Assembly: GCA_964247055.1 (NCBI GenBank)
Contig: OZ176050.1
Location: 12,834,001-12,898,000, forward strand
DNA length: 64,000 nucleotides
Reading direction: 5' to 3'
Source of the DNA: Paragordius varius
Lineage: Eukaryota > Animalia > Nematomorpha
Each line of letters opens with the position of its first letter. Position 1 is the first letter of the stretch. The notes under the pieces were generated by a model. It was not told the DNA's origin. It ran no database searches and saw only the letters and a program-made list of their open reading frames with translations. This document shows, piece by piece, positions 62,955-64,000 of the stretch. The position numbers and the translations under genes were made by a program.

Positions 62955-63163
62955 CAGTATGCACATTAATGCTGACCTATTCACATTATAATTGGTCAAT
63001 TGGCAATACAATATCGTATTAATAATATTTTGTCAATAATTAAATAAACAATAGAGAGAAATAATTAATTAGCATTTTGTTGTTTTTTTCCATACACTAC
63101 TGTGTAAGCCAATCAATTAACTATAATATTATGAATAATCCAGTCTAAATGTGCAGCATACAG
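62955..63163. mobile_element. Degenerate CAGTATG-family MITE
   Basis: CAGTATGCACATTAATG ... GCATACAG|TA. Interior similar to 40329-40502. Confidence 0.6.
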
Positions 63164-63249
63164 TATTTTAACATCAACAGGGGCAAAGATTTGTCATTTG
63201 GATTGATTAGAGATTTTGATTAATTACAGTTAGTTAGTTAGTTGGTTAA

Positions 63250-64000
63250 TTAGGTAGGTGGCGGGTATTTGCAATAGCAATAGGGTTGTACATCATAATT
63301 GGGCATACACCAGCCCTGACTCCCATATATACTAACTCGCGTAACATCTTCGATTTTGTCAAATACGCCATCATTCACAATCATAGTTGCTTCAAACAGG
63401 GAATTGTGTGGATTAAGGGCCACAGTTATTGAATAGGTAATTGAATCCGTCGGTTCATTCATGAGTCGAGTTGAACCCATAACATTGTTACGGTAACCCA
63501 TTTTAGCAATTTGTATCTTTTTATACGTCCATGGCAAGCATAAATCATTATAGCCCTCAATTTTAGCATTGACAAAGGCGACAATATGTTTGGCTAATTT
63601 ACGGACCATAGGATCCTTCTTGGATAAAATTTTGTTCACGTTACAGGCACAAAAATGGATTGGAATGCCGGCATCTTTGCAACTTCGTTCATTGGGAATG
63701 GGGGTAAAGAAACTTGCCCCATAAGGGCTAAGACTAGAAAATGTGGCATAACTACGGACATAATCTTTGGGGTATGCTAAATGCATGAGTGTATGATACG
63801 TATCAAAGTGTGAAGTTAATTTCCGTGTATTGGCATTAAGGATGTTCCACAATCGTTCATACCTGGCAGGGAACCAGGTAGGGAGTAACACTTTTAGTAT
63901 GGGTAATTTCTCCTCAAAAGCTCCATGATAAGTTCGTCTGAAAGAATCTAACCTATTGCCATGATCAGAGAAGAGAAATACTATGGTATTATTTAGTGCG
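63250..64000 (-). CDS. 3' part of a DUF229 (alkaline phosphatase/sulfatase-like fold) protein; starts beyond the window
   Basis: Open frame runs to the window edge: NNTIVFLFSDHGNRLDSFRRTYHGAFEEKLP, LTSHFDTYHTL, RSCKDAGIPIHFCAC, C-terminal YCYC. Confidence 0.88.
   Translation of the reverse strand, partial: ALNNTIVFLFSDHGNRLDSFRRTYHGAFEEKLPILKVLLPTWFPARYERLWNILNANTRKLTSHFDTYHTLMHLAYPKDYVRSYATFSSLSPYGASFFTPIPNERSCKDAGIPIHFCACNVNKILSKKDPMVRKLAKHIVAFVNAKIEGYNDLCLPWTYKKIQIAKMGYRNNVMGSTRLMNEPTDSITYSITVALNPHNSLFEATMIVNDGVFDKIEDVTRVSIYGSQGWCMPNYDVQPYCYCKYPPPT

Overview
Very AT-rich animal genomic DNA with intron-containing genes, not prokaryotic. I assembled exon chains by hand from GT-AG sites and checked phase and frame at every junction. 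Eight protein genes are supported: the 3' part of an unassigned low-complexity protein (+), intronless RUSF1/C16orf58 (-), an SLC35A-type nucleotide-sugar transporter (-) head-to-head with PNISR (+), RUFY (+), TMEM26 (+), BRF1 (-) and the 3' part of a DUF229 protein (-). There is also one tRNA-Lys(UUU). Introns and intergenic DNA are packed with transposons: a Harbinger, a hAT, an IS630/Tc1 DD34E element with 21-bp-array TIRs, RTE LINE remnants, several MITE families, a 4-kb foldback palindrome and a probable Penelope remnant with a hammerhead-like motif. The main surprise is a class of ultra-short GT-AG introns (23, 24, 25 and 27 nt). Each is required to restore conserved protein sequence, each is among the first one or two introns of its coding sequence, and they coexist with ordinary 68 nt to multi-kb introns. 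All protein assignments are from motif recognition, not database searches.
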